From Paludibacteraceae bacterium (GTDB taxonomy: Bacteria; Bacteroidota; Bacteroidia; Bacteroidales; Paludibacteraceae), in contig JBGVCG010000035.1 of the NCBI GenBank assembly GCA_045226255.1, positions 32,327 to 96,326 of the forward strand: 64,000 nucleotides of DNA. The letters are read 5' to 3'. Made by a program: the position numbers and the translations under genes. Shown one piece after another: positions 37,931 to 47,522 of this stretch. The first letter of the stretch is position 1; each line of letters begins with the position of its first letter. The notes beneath the pieces were generated by a model. The model saw nothing but the letters and a program-made list of their open reading frames with translations, had not been told where the DNA came from and did no database searches.

Positions 37931-39715
37931 ATGGACTTTAAAGAATTGGTCACTAAATTGGACTTTAAAGAATTGGTCACTAAAATCAAAGGGGCGATTC
38001 CTGAGAAATGGGACACAAAGTACACTATTTTCGTGTCCGCATTTTTCATTTCTGTGCTATTGAAACTTGTCTCGTTCACATTGAACGTAAACGGCAGTCT
38101 GTTTTTCTCCTCGGGAATGGATGACTCGCCCGTATCGAACTTTCTGATGAGTTATTCTATCTATGCAGGAGTCGCACTGTTATTTGTGGCATTGGGAGCA
38201 TTTTCAAAATTCTTTTGGCCTGCGTTTGCCCTAGACCTCATTTTGGACATATGGATGTTGGCAGATTATATCAGTATGCGTGCCCATGGCATCATGATCA
38301 CAGGATATGACTTCCGACTCATCGGAAACATGGATGGATTTTGGGACAGTATTTTTGCCTACATGAGGTTCTCCGACCTGCTACTGTTCATCTCCACAGG
38401 AGCATTCATATTCGTCTACGTGAAATTCTTCAAGCCATTCCGCAGAAGATGGATAGCAGGATTGGTAATGTTAATCATATCCATCCCGCTATTAATCATG
38501 AAGCCTCTTAAATTCAACAAATTGTGGGGCATACCAGTGAACATATTCGAACAAATGAACATTTCCGGAGATGGACGAGAGACATTCGCGACAGACTACA
38601 CCATCTTCTTGGATTTGATATCCGAGCTGAAATTCTGCAACTCATTGAACGACATTCCTAAGCATGTGGAATTAACGGACGCTGAGAAAGAATCAATCAA
38701 TCACTTCATGGTAAAACCAGCAGGGAAAGACACGTTGAAAGACAACTTGTTCATTCTTTTCGTGGAGAGTATGGAAGGTTGGACACTCAACAACACCATA
38801 AACGGGCAAGAGATCACACCGAACTTCAACGCTATGGCGAAAAGGAACGCCATATACGGAGAGAAGATGTGTCCTCAAACGCAACGTGGAGCATCCAGCG
38901 ACGCGCAGTTGCTTGTCAACACCGGACTCTTGCCACTGATTTTCGAGGCAGCATGTTTCGCTTACGAAGACAACTACTATTACTCAATCGGAGACGCCAT
39001 GATGAAACTGGGTTCAACCAACATGATGATAGTTCCAACCAAACCATCCGCATGGAACCAAGCGAAGATCTCCGGACCTTGGGGATTCCCTACGCTACAC
39101 GGACAAGACTACCCAGACAAGAATCTGTTTGAGGATCTAGCCGTCGTGTTCGATACCATACAAGAGCCATTCTGCATAGAGGCTGTCACAATGGCCTCCC
39201 ATGCACCATTCTGGAAATACGCAGGGTTATCCGACTTGAACATTCCTGAAGGACTTCCTTCATTCAAGGAGAACTACATCAAGAGTTTGAACTATACGGA
39301 CAAATGCTTCGGCGAATTCATAGAAAAGGTGAAGGACAATCCGAAATTCGCGAAGACAACATTCGTAATCTTAGGAGACCACTGCACATTCTCTAGTGAC
39401 AGAGGAGAGTTCGACGGTTCAGAGATCGGACAATCTCTCCGTGCGAACAGAGGTGACTTCATTCCTTTCATCATCTCATCCCCGAACAATTTGGAGAGTT
39501 CAAAGGAGATAACAGACTCTACTTACCAGTACGACATCTACCCTACCTTATTAGGGTTGTTCAAGCTCGACAACTACCCATGGAGAGGTTTCGGATGTGA
39601 TATGTCCAAAGAAATCAAGAGAGATCCTAACTACGAGATATGGCGTACAAGCGAGATATCTGAAAAGATCATCAGAAACGACTATTTCAAGGCCACTCTC
39701 GACGAATACAAATAA
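37931..39715 (+). CDS. LTA synthase/sulfatase family membrane protein (phosphoglycerol- or phosphoethanolamine-transferase-like)
   Basis: A polytopic N-terminal half is followed by an extracytoplasmic alkaline-phosphatase-superfamily half (FVILGDHC). Start set at MDFKEL; the upstream 31 codons of the track ORF are AT-rich and probably non-coding. Confidence 0.8.
   Translation: MDFKELVTKLDFKELVTKIKGAIPEKWDTKYTIFVSAFFISVLLKLVSFTLNVNGSLFFSSGMDDSPVSNFLMSYSIYAGVALLFVALGAFSKFFWPAFALDLILDIWMLADYISMRAHGIMITGYDFRLIGNMDGFWDSIFAYMRFSDLLLFISTGAFIFVYVKFFKPFRRRWIAGLVMLIISIPLLIMKPLKFNKLWGIPVNIFEQMNISGDGRETFATDYTIFLDLISELKFCNSLNDIPKHVELTDAEKESINHFMVKPAGKDTLKDNLFILFVESMEGWTLNNTINGQEITPNFNAMAKRNAIYGEKMCPQTQRGASSDAQLLVNTGLLPLIFEAACFAYEDNYYYSIGDAMMKLGSTNMMIVPTKPSAWNQAKISGPWGFPTLHGQDYPDKNLFEDLAVVFDTIQEPFCIEAVTMASHAPFWKYAGLSDLNIPEGLPSFKENYIKSLNYTDKCFGEFIEKVKDNPKFAKTTFVILGDHCTFSSDRGEFDGSEIGQSLRANRGDFIPFIISSPNNLESSKEITDSTYQYDIYPTLLGLFKLDNYPWRGFGCDMSKEIKRDPNYEIWRTSEISEKIIRNDYFKATLDEYK
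37934..37987 (+). repeat. 27-bp in-frame tandem duplication
   Basis: gactttaaagaattggtcactaaattg / gactttaaagaattggtcactaaaatc (25 of 27 identical), giving DFKELVTKL-DFKELVTKI at codons 2-19. Confidence 0.95.
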
Positions 39716-39755
39716 TCCGACCACATTGGATTAATTCGCTTAATCGCATACACGC

Positions 39756-39790
39756 AAACAGGCGGTTCCTTTCCGGGACCGCCTGTTTCA
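39756..39790 (+). terminator. rho-independent terminator after the LTA-synthase-like gene
   Basis: 12-bp stem acaggcggttcc/gggaccgcctgt followed by ttt. Confidence 0.75.
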
Positions 39791-40255
39791 TATCTGTACA
39801 CAAGCATAAGAGACAAAAAAAAGCGCAGCCAAAACATACCGATTGACCGCGCCCATAACTCTTAGAAAACCGTCCCTTCTTTGCTTATAATGTGTTAAAG
39901 GTTTCTTTCCAACAGAACAGATCGGCCGTCAAACAATTGTCCGACGGCCTCCCCGTCATGTTTCATAATAGTGTATGTATATATAGGTTGCTTTTGTCTA
40001 ATGTTCACTCTTAAACATGTAGCAGAGAGGTCATACGTCCAAGTAATCAAACATTACCGAATTGTATGTATAGAGATGTCACCCTGATTATATTCTTTCT
40101 CACAAAACATCATCAAAGAACCACTTCAAAAGTCAGAAAAACAATCACTATATTCCGTCAATGCTTACTTCTGCAAATATATAGCCTTTTGATATCTCAG
40201 CATTATAAATTCATTTCAAAAACATATAGTTTTGCGTCAGGACGGGCGTTTGCGC

Positions 40256-40290
40256 CAATTAAAAGTTAAGAGATAAAAATAAAGAGTTAA
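40256..40290. repeat. tandem heptad array (RAGTTAA-like x5)
   Basis: caattaa aagttaa gagataa aaataaa gagttaa. A partial core motif, gcgggattcatttt, follows at 40387-40400. Confidence 0.7.
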
Positions 40291-40445
40291 AAAACATGAA
40301 TGGTCCTTCCGATTTGGTCAAGCGAGAAATTAGGGGGGTGCGGAATACAATCGAAAAATTTTCACCATTTTTTCGCTAAAAAATTTGCGGGATTCATTTT
40401 TTATCATTTACTTTGCAGTACAAAGTTCTTTTTAAATATACAAGA

Positions 40446-41054
40446 ATGGAAAACAAAGAGGTGATAAACACATTGTCAGAGATTCGGGACATGATGGCCA
40501 AGTCTTCAAAGGTCTTGTCCTTGAGCGGACTATCATGCGCATTGGTCGGGGTACTCGCCCTGCTGGCTTGCGCGGCGGCCCAGTATGTTCTGAACAACCC
40601 ATCCTGGATGCATTATCAAAAGGTATCCATCCTAACGACGTTAGCGCTGGTATTACTGGCCATCTGCGTCGCGACGGTTTTCCTTTTCGCAAGGCACAAG
40701 GCGAAGAAAAACAACTATAGGTTCACGCTCGACCAAACGAGCCGCCGGATGTTATGGAACTTCGCCATACCGCTCATCACGGGAGGCATCCTCTGCATAG
40801 GACTGATCCACCAGGCCCACTACGGACTGACATCCTCCATGATGCTGATCTTCTACGGACTGGCGCTCATCAACCTCTCAGGCTATACCTTCTCCTCTAC
40901 GAAATACCTTGGGTATGCGCAGGTGATCCTTGGTCTGATCGACTTCATGGCAGTCAACCACTCCCTGATTTTCTGGGCGCTCGGATTCGGCGTATGCCAC
41001 ATCATATACGGTGTTCTCTTTTACTTTTTGAAAGAAAGGAAGGGTGAGAGATGA
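40446..41054 (+). CDS. hypothetical polytopic membrane protein
   Basis: About 202 aa from MENKEV, with 5-6 predicted TM segments. Its stop overlaps the next start (ATGA). Confidence 0.7.
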   Translation: MENKEVINTLSEIRDMMAKSSKVLSLSGLSCALVGVLALLACAAAQYVLNNPSWMHYQKVSILTTLALVLLAICVATVFLFARHKAKKNNYRFTLDQTSRRMLWNFAIPLITGGILCIGLIHQAHYGLTSSMMLIFYGLALINLSGYTFSSTKYLGYAQVILGLIDFMAVNHSLIFWALGFGVCHIIYGVLFYFLKERKGER

Positions 41055-41356
41055 ATCTGAGTTTGGAACATATCAACAAGGCTTTCGAAAGCAAGGTCAG
41101 GCTAGGCATCATGTCCGCCCTGATGGTGAACGAGGAGATCGATTTCACTACCCTGAAATCGCTGCTCGACCTCACGGACGGCAACCTGGCCAGCCATACG
41201 AGGAGCCTGGAGGAGTTGGGATACATCCAGTCCAAGAAGCAATTCATCGGACGGAAGCCCAACACCACCTTCCAGATGACCGAAAACGGGAAAGCCGCCT
41301 TCTCGGAGCATCTGAAGGCGCTGGAAGATTTTTTGAAAATTTCATTAGGCAATTAA
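41051..41356 (+). CDS. winged-helix transcriptional regulator
   Basis: 101-aa ORF (RLGIMSAL...DGNLASHTRSLEELGYI), an ArsR/PadR-like wHTH pattern. Confidence 0.8.
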   Translation: MNLSLEHINKAFESKVRLGIMSALMVNEEIDFTTLKSLLDLTDGNLASHTRSLEELGYIQSKKQFIGRKPNTTFQMTENGKAAFSEHLKALEDFLKISLGN

Positions 41357-41411
41357 CTTATTTTTTTAACTATATACTTTGAAATTCAAAGTACTTTAAA
41401 ACATTACGGAT

Positions 41412-42782
41412 ATGGAAAACGAGAATTTAAATTTTGCGAACCAACAAGTTCCAAACGAGGGAAAAGCAAAGACTAAGGCCCTCAAGTTCAAGATTGCGGC
41501 GATAGTAGTCATCATTCTACTGCTATTGATACCGAAGTTCATGATCCAAGACCTGATCAAGGAGAGAGAGCGGACCGCCTCAGAAGCGATGAGCGAAGTG
41601 TACGACAAATGGGGAGGCGAGCAGGTGTTGGTTGGTCCTACAATCAGTATCCAATGCAAGGAAATCCGACAAGAGTTCATAGACAACAAGCATAAAAACA
41701 TACTGAAGGAGGTAACCTACAACCTGTTACCCAACACATTATCCTTTGTCGGAGACGTGAACACGGAGAGCAAGCACCGGGGCATTTACGAAATCGTGAC
41801 ATTCAAAGGCCCGATAGCGGTAAAGGGAACCTTCACCTTTACGGAGGAGGAGTGGGACAAACTGACAAAAAGCGGCATCAACGGAAAGGTTAAGATCAAC
41901 TTCGGTTTGTCTGACCTGAAAGGTATCTGCGACGAAGCGAAGATCACCCTCGGAGGAAAGGTCTACACCTTAGAGCCTGACGGTTACGGAATCTGCGACA
42001 GAACCAACCAGCTCTCCGCTGTCATCGACACACAGGAATGGACGGAGTTGCAGGAGATTCCATTCTCTATGGACATCACCCTACAGGGAAGCCAATCAAT
42101 CAAGTTCACGCCTGTGGGCAAAAGCACCACCGTACAGTTGTCATCCAATTGCCAGACGCCTAGCTTCTGTGGCAACTTCCTTCCTGACAATCCTTCAGAC
42201 TCCGCAAAAGCGGGGAAGGGATTCTCCAGGAAATGGAATGTATCTTACTTGAACCGCAACTACCCTCAGTTCTACGATAGCAGCGAGGAATCTTACAGCT
42301 ACCCAATCAGCCAATCCGCCTTCGGTGTGAATCTTCTAGTGCCAGTCGGGCACTATCAGAAGTCCTTGCGTTGCGTGAAGTATGCGATCCTTTTCATCGT
42401 CCTCACCTTGGCGGTATTCTTCTTCATCGAAATGATCCACAAGAAGAACATACACCCTGTGCAATACGCATTGGTCGGATTGGCGCTCACCCTCTTCTAC
42501 TCGCTGTTGCTATCCTTCTCCGAGCACATCGGCTTCTCACCGGCCTACTTCGTCTCTACCGGCATGACCGTCACCCTGCTGACCGCCTACACATCGGCCG
42601 TGCTGAAGATCAAGAAGACAGCCTTCTACATCGGTGGCGCATTGTTACTGCTCTACCTCTACATCTACGTATTGATTCAGATGGAGAGCTACGCATTGCT
42701 GGCAGGCAGCCTCGGATTGTTCGGAATATTGGCCTTCTTCATGTATCTCTCCCAGAAGATAGAATGGAACAAAGAGCAATAG
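41412..42782 (+). CDS. creD: cell envelope integrity protein CreD
   Basis: 456-aa ORF with an N-terminal TM, a large periplasmic domain and a C-terminal 5-TM bundle, showing CreD-like sequence (RGIYEIVTFKGP, KYAILFI). Confidence 0.8.
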   Translation: MENENLNFANQQVPNEGKAKTKALKFKIAAIVVIILLLLIPKFMIQDLIKERERTASEAMSEVYDKWGGEQVLVGPTISIQCKEIRQEFIDNKHKNILKEVTYNLLPNTLSFVGDVNTESKHRGIYEIVTFKGPIAVKGTFTFTEEEWDKLTKSGINGKVKINFGLSDLKGICDEAKITLGGKVYTLEPDGYGICDRTNQLSAVIDTQEWTELQEIPFSMDITLQGSQSIKFTPVGKSTTVQLSSNCQTPSFCGNFLPDNPSDSAKAGKGFSRKWNVSYLNRNYPQFYDSSEESYSYPISQSAFGVNLLVPVGHYQKSLRCVKYAILFIVLTLAVFFFIEMIHKKNIHPVQYALVGLALTLFYSLLLSFSEHIGFSPAYFVSTGMTVTLLTAYTSAVLKIKKTAFYIGGALLLLYLYIYVLIQMESYALLAGSLGLFGILAFFMYLSQKIEWNKEQ

Positions 42783-42821
42783 AATAGACTACAAGTTTTA
42801 TTATTAAACAGTTAAACAACA

Positions 42822-42854
42822 AGGGCGGGGATGCGCAAGTCACATCCTCGCCCT
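42822..42854. terminator. hairpin between convergent creD and the helicase gene
   Basis: 12-bp stem agggcggggatg/catcctcgccct (one G-U pair), with weak T tracts. Confidence 0.5.
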
Positions 42855-42885
42855 TACGGTTTTATAAACGTAGACTAAAAGCGTA

Positions 42886-44895
42886 TCAACCGAAGTCGAA
42901 ATCGTCCGTCACGTCAAAGCCGACCGCCGGTCCGCTGTAGTCCATTTCAGGGTTCAGGCGGGCGGTGCGGGTCACCTCCCTCTCCACCAGCTCGTCAGGC
43001 ATTTCGTTGAAGAAGTAAAGGCTTTCCGTCGGGTCTTCGGATTGCGGGTCCACATGGATGGAATGGACGTTGCGGTAGATGTGCAGTTCGTCCTTGGCAC
43101 GCGTGAGGGCGACATAAAGGCAACGACGCTCCTCCTCCACCGCATCGGGTCCCGACTCGATGGAGCGCGGGGTTGGGAAAGAGGCGGGCGAGGCCTTCAA
43201 CAGATAGCAGATATTGGCCTCCAAACCCTTGGCGGAGTGGATGGTTGTGAGGATGCAAGCGTCCTCCGGACCGTTCTCACCCTGCTTGACCGTCGTTTCC
43301 AGCTTAGGATCCAGCACATATTCCGAGACGAACTCCTGAATACCCGTGGTGCCGAGCGCCACCTCCTGCAGCACTTCGAAGTCTTGTTTGCGCCACTTCC
43401 ACTCCTCCTTGTAGAGTTCCTTCAACCGTTCCTCCATGGTCTCCAATGTCTTGGTGATGGCCTTGGCTGGCGAGAACTGCAGGGTGCTGATGTTGCGGAG
43501 CGTCTGGGTGATCTCCTCCTGCAGACCATTCCCCGCCAGCTTGTCGAGACACTTGTCCAGCGTCTCCTCCTCGATGACATTGTTGATGATCCTAGAGGCG
43601 GTGACCTCACCGATGCCCCGCCAAAGAAGCAGGTAGCGCATCCAGGCCAGTTCATCCTTGTAGTTCGCCACAATACGCATCGGTGACACCACGTCACGCA
43701 CATGCTTGGACTGCATCAACCCTACCCCACCGAAGATGATGTAAGGGATCTTTTTCGAGATACACTGCGACTCCACGGTACGAAGGCCGTACAAGGAGCG
43801 GGAAAGGACCATGTTGTCCTCGTACTTCGCCCCCTTATCCACAATGCTCCGGCGGATCTTCTCCGTCACATCGTTCGCCTCGTCCCACTCGTTCTCACAC
43901 GTCACCACCACAGGCTTCTTTCCCTTGCCACGGGCGGCGGTCAACTCCTTGTCGTAGTGCAAAGGAGACTTCGCCAGCACCCAGTTGGAGAGGTCCAGGA
44001 TCTCCTGCGTGGAGCGGTAGTTGAGGGTGAGCTTCATCATCTCGGACTGAGGCACCACCGAGGTGAAGTTGTGCATGGTCTTGAAGTCCGCCCCACGGAA
44101 GGCATAGATGCTCTGCGCATCGTCACCCACACAGAAGAGGTGGCACTTCTCGTAGAATGAGCTTAGCAGTTCATATTGGAGCGGATTGGTGTCCTGCATC
44201 TCGTCCACCAAGATATGGTCGTAGCGGGAGGAGACAAAACGTCTCGCCTCCGCATTCTTCTTGAGACCCTTGGAGACCACGTTTAGGATATCGTCGTAAT
44301 CCATGTATTTATGCACCGTCTTGTAGGCCATGTATCGTTTGATGATCTCCTCGTAGACTGGCTTATTGAGTTCTATGCTCTTCAACGTGGCGGGGTCCTC
44401 CCTTGAAGCGTTGTCGTAAAGCTTCATGCGCATCGCGTCCGACAGGCTGCAACAGGCATTGATGGCGAAGGAGTAGACCTCCAATATCGAGGAGGGTTTC
44501 ACCACATGCTTCTCCTTGTCCCTTAGGCCTTTGCCGCAAAGCAGTTTCACGCAACTCTCCCTATCCTCCTCATCGAGCAACGTGTATTCGTGGTGCATGA
44601 AGACCTTCGGGTTGTTCATGATCACATCCATGCACCAGGAGTGGAAGGTTTGTCCACGCAGTCCGTCGACGGAGATTCCGCCGATTTCAGACTTGATGCG
44701 CTCGACGATCTCCCGCGCCGACTTGCGGGTGAAGCTGAGGATCAGGATCCTATTCGCCGGCACACCCTGCAGAAGAAGATACTTCGCACGGGCGATGATG
44801 GTACGCGTCTTACCCGTTCCAGCCCCGGCGACCACCAATAGGTGCTTCCCGTCATATTCCACAGCCTTCCGCTGTTGTTCGTTCAATTCTTCCAT
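42886..44895 (-). CDS. UvrD/Rep/PcrA family ATP-dependent DNA helicase
   Basis: 669-aa ORF with LNEQQRKAV and Walker A AGAGTGKT, plus VDEMQDT and LYVALTRAK motifs. Confidence 0.9.
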   Translation of the reverse strand: MEELNEQQRKAVEYDGKHLLVVAGAGTGKTRTIIARAKYLLLQGVPANRILILSFTRKSAREIVERIKSEIGGISVDGLRGQTFHSWCMDVIMNNPKVFMHHEYTLLDEEDRESCVKLLCGKGLRDKEKHVVKPSSILEVYSFAINACCSLSDAMRMKLYDNASREDPATLKSIELNKPVYEEIIKRYMAYKTVHKYMDYDDILNVVSKGLKKNAEARRFVSSRYDHILVDEMQDTNPLQYELLSSFYEKCHLFCVGDDAQSIYAFRGADFKTMHNFTSVVPQSEMMKLTLNYRSTQEILDLSNWVLAKSPLHYDKELTAARGKGKKPVVVTCENEWDEANDVTEKIRRSIVDKGAKYEDNMVLSRSLYGLRTVESQCISKKIPYIIFGGVGLMQSKHVRDVVSPMRIVANYKDELAWMRYLLLWRGIGEVTASRIINNVIEEETLDKCLDKLAGNGLQEEITQTLRNISTLQFSPAKAITKTLETMEERLKELYKEEWKWRKQDFEVLQEVALGTTGIQEFVSEYVLDPKLETTVKQGENGPEDACILTTIHSAKGLEANICYLLKASPASFPTPRSIESGPDAVEEERRCLYVALTRAKDELHIYRNVHSIHVDPQSEDPTESLYFFNEMPDELVEREVTRTARLNPEMDYSGPAVGFDVTDDFDFG

Positions 44896-45055
44896 TGTAA
44901 ATTATTTGAGACATATCTCCAAACGACGAGGAAGGAAGAGACTTTTCCGCTAAAGCCCAACCATTTGTCTGACGCAAAATTAAGGATTTGGAGACATCCA
45001 CCGAAATAAAACAGAGGGATTTCACAAGAGAGTTTTCAACCATCCATCACACCGC

Positions 45056-45982
45056 TCACACGGAGGCCTCGCGCAGCAACTCCACGACGGAAGGCACATC
45101 CGAACCCCGCAAGTACTGCGCACCCAGTTCCACCAGCCGTCTGTTCCCCTCGCAGACAGGCAACCGACGGACCGACTCATCCTTGTAATAGACCGAATAC
45201 AAGGGTTTGCCCAACGACAACGCATTGTTCGCCACGTACATGGCGCCCCCCTCCACACCCGTCTGCAGAACAATCACCGCATGAGAGAGCGCAGAGACCA
45301 AACGGTCACGCGCGATGAAATTATACTTGCTCACCTGCGTACCGACAGGATACTCGGAAAGGAGCAATCCACCCGCCTCAACGATTTCACGCGCCAAAGC
45401 GGAGTGTTCCGCAGGATAGACCCAATCCAGGCCATGCGCAAGAACCGCCACTGTCTTTCCCTTCGCCAGCAAAGCGCCCCGATGCGCCGAGGCATCACAG
45501 CCGCTCGCCAAGCCCGAGACGACACAAAAGCCCTCTTTCGCGAACTCCCTCGCCAAATAGACACCAGTCTCAACGCCCTCCTTCGTCGGATAGCGCGTAC
45601 CGATGATCGAGACGCACGGACGTTTCAGCAGAGAGATATCCCCTTTATAATAAAGCAAATAAGGAAGGGCAGGCAAACCCTTCTCGTCAACGGTCTGCTC
45701 CAGTCTCGCAGGATACGCTTCCCCCTCTCTATATAGGATTCCGATGCCCTGCGCCTCCGACGCCTGAAGAAGAGAATCCGCCAAGCGTTCCGCCTCCTCC
45801 ACATGATGAGCGGACAGAGAGACCAGACGTCCCGCCTCCCGCACCTTCGCGCCACAAGCCGACAAGCGAGGGAAGAGTTCTTCGTCCCGCATGGCATCCA
45901 CCATGGGTACATATTTGGAACCCACCCCAAACAAAATCTGAATCGTAACAATCTGCTTAACCGTCAACATAAATGCAAACAA
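45056..45982 (-). CDS. dprA: DNA-processing protein DprA
   Basis: Rossmann-like DprA core (GTRYPT, VVSGLASGCDASAHRGAL, LQTGVEGGAMY). The start may be M5 at 45970. Confidence 0.88.
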   Translation of the reverse strand: MFAFMLTVKQIVTIQILFGVGSKYVPMVDAMRDEELFPRLSACGAKVREAGRLVSLSAHHVEEAERLADSLLQASEAQGIGILYREGEAYPARLEQTVDEKGLPALPYLLYYKGDISLLKRPCVSIIGTRYPTKEGVETGVYLAREFAKEGFCVVSGLASGCDASAHRGALLAKGKTVAVLAHGLDWVYPAEHSALAREIVEAGGLLLSEYPVGTQVSKYNFIARDRLVSALSHAVIVLQTGVEGGAMYVANNALSLGKPLYSVYYKDESVRRLPVCEGNRRLVELGAQYLRGSDVPSVVELLREASV

Positions 45983-46050
45983 ATACTTCTCCGAACAAAA
46001 TTAGAAAAAATCCGGACATCAGGCAAAGGTTATGAATCAGGGGACGTCGT

Positions 46051-47481
46051 TCACTTAGGGAAGCCATTGATGCGTCCCATAGAGAGCAACAAGCCCGTAC
46101 TATTGTCCATGACAGCGAAGACATAAGGGCGAGACAACAACACACTGACATACGCCCCCGTTCCCCAACCAGGTCCAGTGCCATGAACATACTGAGGACT
46201 GACAATCGAGGCATTAACCCCAGTATTGAAGATATCCACCCGACCTTCCTGCCTACAACTAGAGAGAACACCATCCACAGAAGAGAACGGTTCCTCAAAC
46301 AGTTTCCTGATTCCAAGTTCCTTCAAGCAATCCCTCCACTCGTACGTTTGCGAAATATAAGGGAAGAAAGGAACGCCAAGAACTGAGGTCTTCCACTCAA
46401 ACGGGATGGACTCCCATTGAACATCCGCAAGCACATCGTCCAAGTCCTCCCCCTCATTCGGGATCAGAAACGCAACGCTGAAGCGCTGAATAGAATCGTT
46501 GTAGACATTTGGACTAAAATAGATCTCGACGAACGAATCTCCGTTATAATCATACGTGACAAAAGGGTAAGAAAGGACCTGATAACGATCTGTTTTGGCC
46601 AATCTGCACAAACATGCCGTGTTCTTCGCATAGGTGATTCTCTTACTTTCCCCATTCTGTGAGACAAAATCACCGATTGAGTTTGACGCAAGGAAAGCTT
46701 CAGCCCATCTTCCTGAAACTAGGTCAGTGACATTGAGCATCAGGGAACAATCAGAAGGGATGTCCGCATCCAGATTGCCTACCCTCCATTGCGTCACCTC
46801 CTTCGCCCAAGCGTTAATAAGGCTTGTCAAGGAGAGTGAGTCGTAAGAAAAATCCAGATGGCCGACGGTCGCATAATAATTCTTCGTAGCCACATCCACA
46901 AAGTCTTTCTTGACCGGAAGCCCTTCACGCACCCACAACGCGCTCGGGAAGGCAAGCTCCACACTATCCTTATTCGTGATGAGGTAATTATATATCTTAT
47001 TGTAATACAAGTTCATATTCTCCAAAGCATGCTCGCCGGAGAAGCCCAATGCGGAGAGTATCTCCTCTTTCGCACCCTCCGAAGCACCGTTCGCGCACAT
47101 CGCCAAGGCCATCTGCAGAGCCAAAGGAGAGAAGAAATGATTTTGCTCCCCTACTTTCCCCATCGAAGGAGTGGCGCAGATTTTGGAGAAGCATTTCTTC
47201 GCGAACCCATTGCTGGCATGCACATAAGCCCTTTCCTCCTCCGTGAGCACTAACTGTGCAGTATCGCCAATGAAATGCGGAGTCGTCCAATCGCCCACCC
47301 CCTCAGCATACTCACCTTTGTCAAAAGTGATGCTATCCACATCGTCCACCCTATACACAGACGATGAACCGTCCGACGACCAAACCCTCATTTGATCAGG
47401 GTTCTGCGCCAAGCCACCCATCGCCGCCAAGGAGAGGAGCATTGCGCACAAAAGACTTTTTATATTTATCATGGCATGCAT
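46051..47481 (-). CDS. secreted serpin family protein (copy A)
   Basis: 476-aa ORF with a signal peptide, a roughly 65-aa N-terminal extension, a serpin core (FFSPLALQMALAMCANGA...) and a C-terminal PYVFAVMDNSTGLLLSMGRI. Confidence 0.88.
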   Translation of the reverse strand: MHAMINIKSLLCAMLLSLAAMGGLAQNPDQMRVWSSDGSSSVYRVDDVDSITFDKGEYAEGVGDWTTPHFIGDTAQLVLTEEERAYVHASNGFAKKCFSKICATPSMGKVGEQNHFFSPLALQMALAMCANGASEGAKEEILSALGFSGEHALENMNLYYNKIYNYLITNKDSVELAFPSALWVREGLPVKKDFVDVATKNYYATVGHLDFSYDSLSLTSLINAWAKEVTQWRVGNLDADIPSDCSLMLNVTDLVSGRWAEAFLASNSIGDFVSQNGESKRITYAKNTACLCRLAKTDRYQVLSYPFVTYDYNGDSFVEIYFSPNVYNDSIQRFSVAFLIPNEGEDLDDVLADVQWESIPFEWKTSVLGVPFFPYISQTYEWRDCLKELGIRKLFEEPFSSVDGVLSSCRQEGRVDIFNTGVNASIVSPQYVHGTGPGWGTGAYVSVLLSRPYVFAVMDNSTGLLLSMGRINGFPK

Positions 47482-47522
47482 AATCTATTCATTTTCAAAT
47501 CATTCACAAACCCATTAACATT

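Noticed and set aside
40066-40269. 67-aa plus-strand ORF in the long intergenic region, and 40394-40597 on the minus strand
   Set aside because: There is no start context and the composition is low-complexity. The second overlaps the 5' end of the better-supported membrane-protein gene.
42886-45982. UvrD-like helicase plus DprA considered as a possible defence or novel DNA-processing module
   Set aside because: Both look like ordinary housekeeping versions with complete canonical motifs. There is no nuclease, methylase, ATPase partner or other defence-island hallmark nearby.
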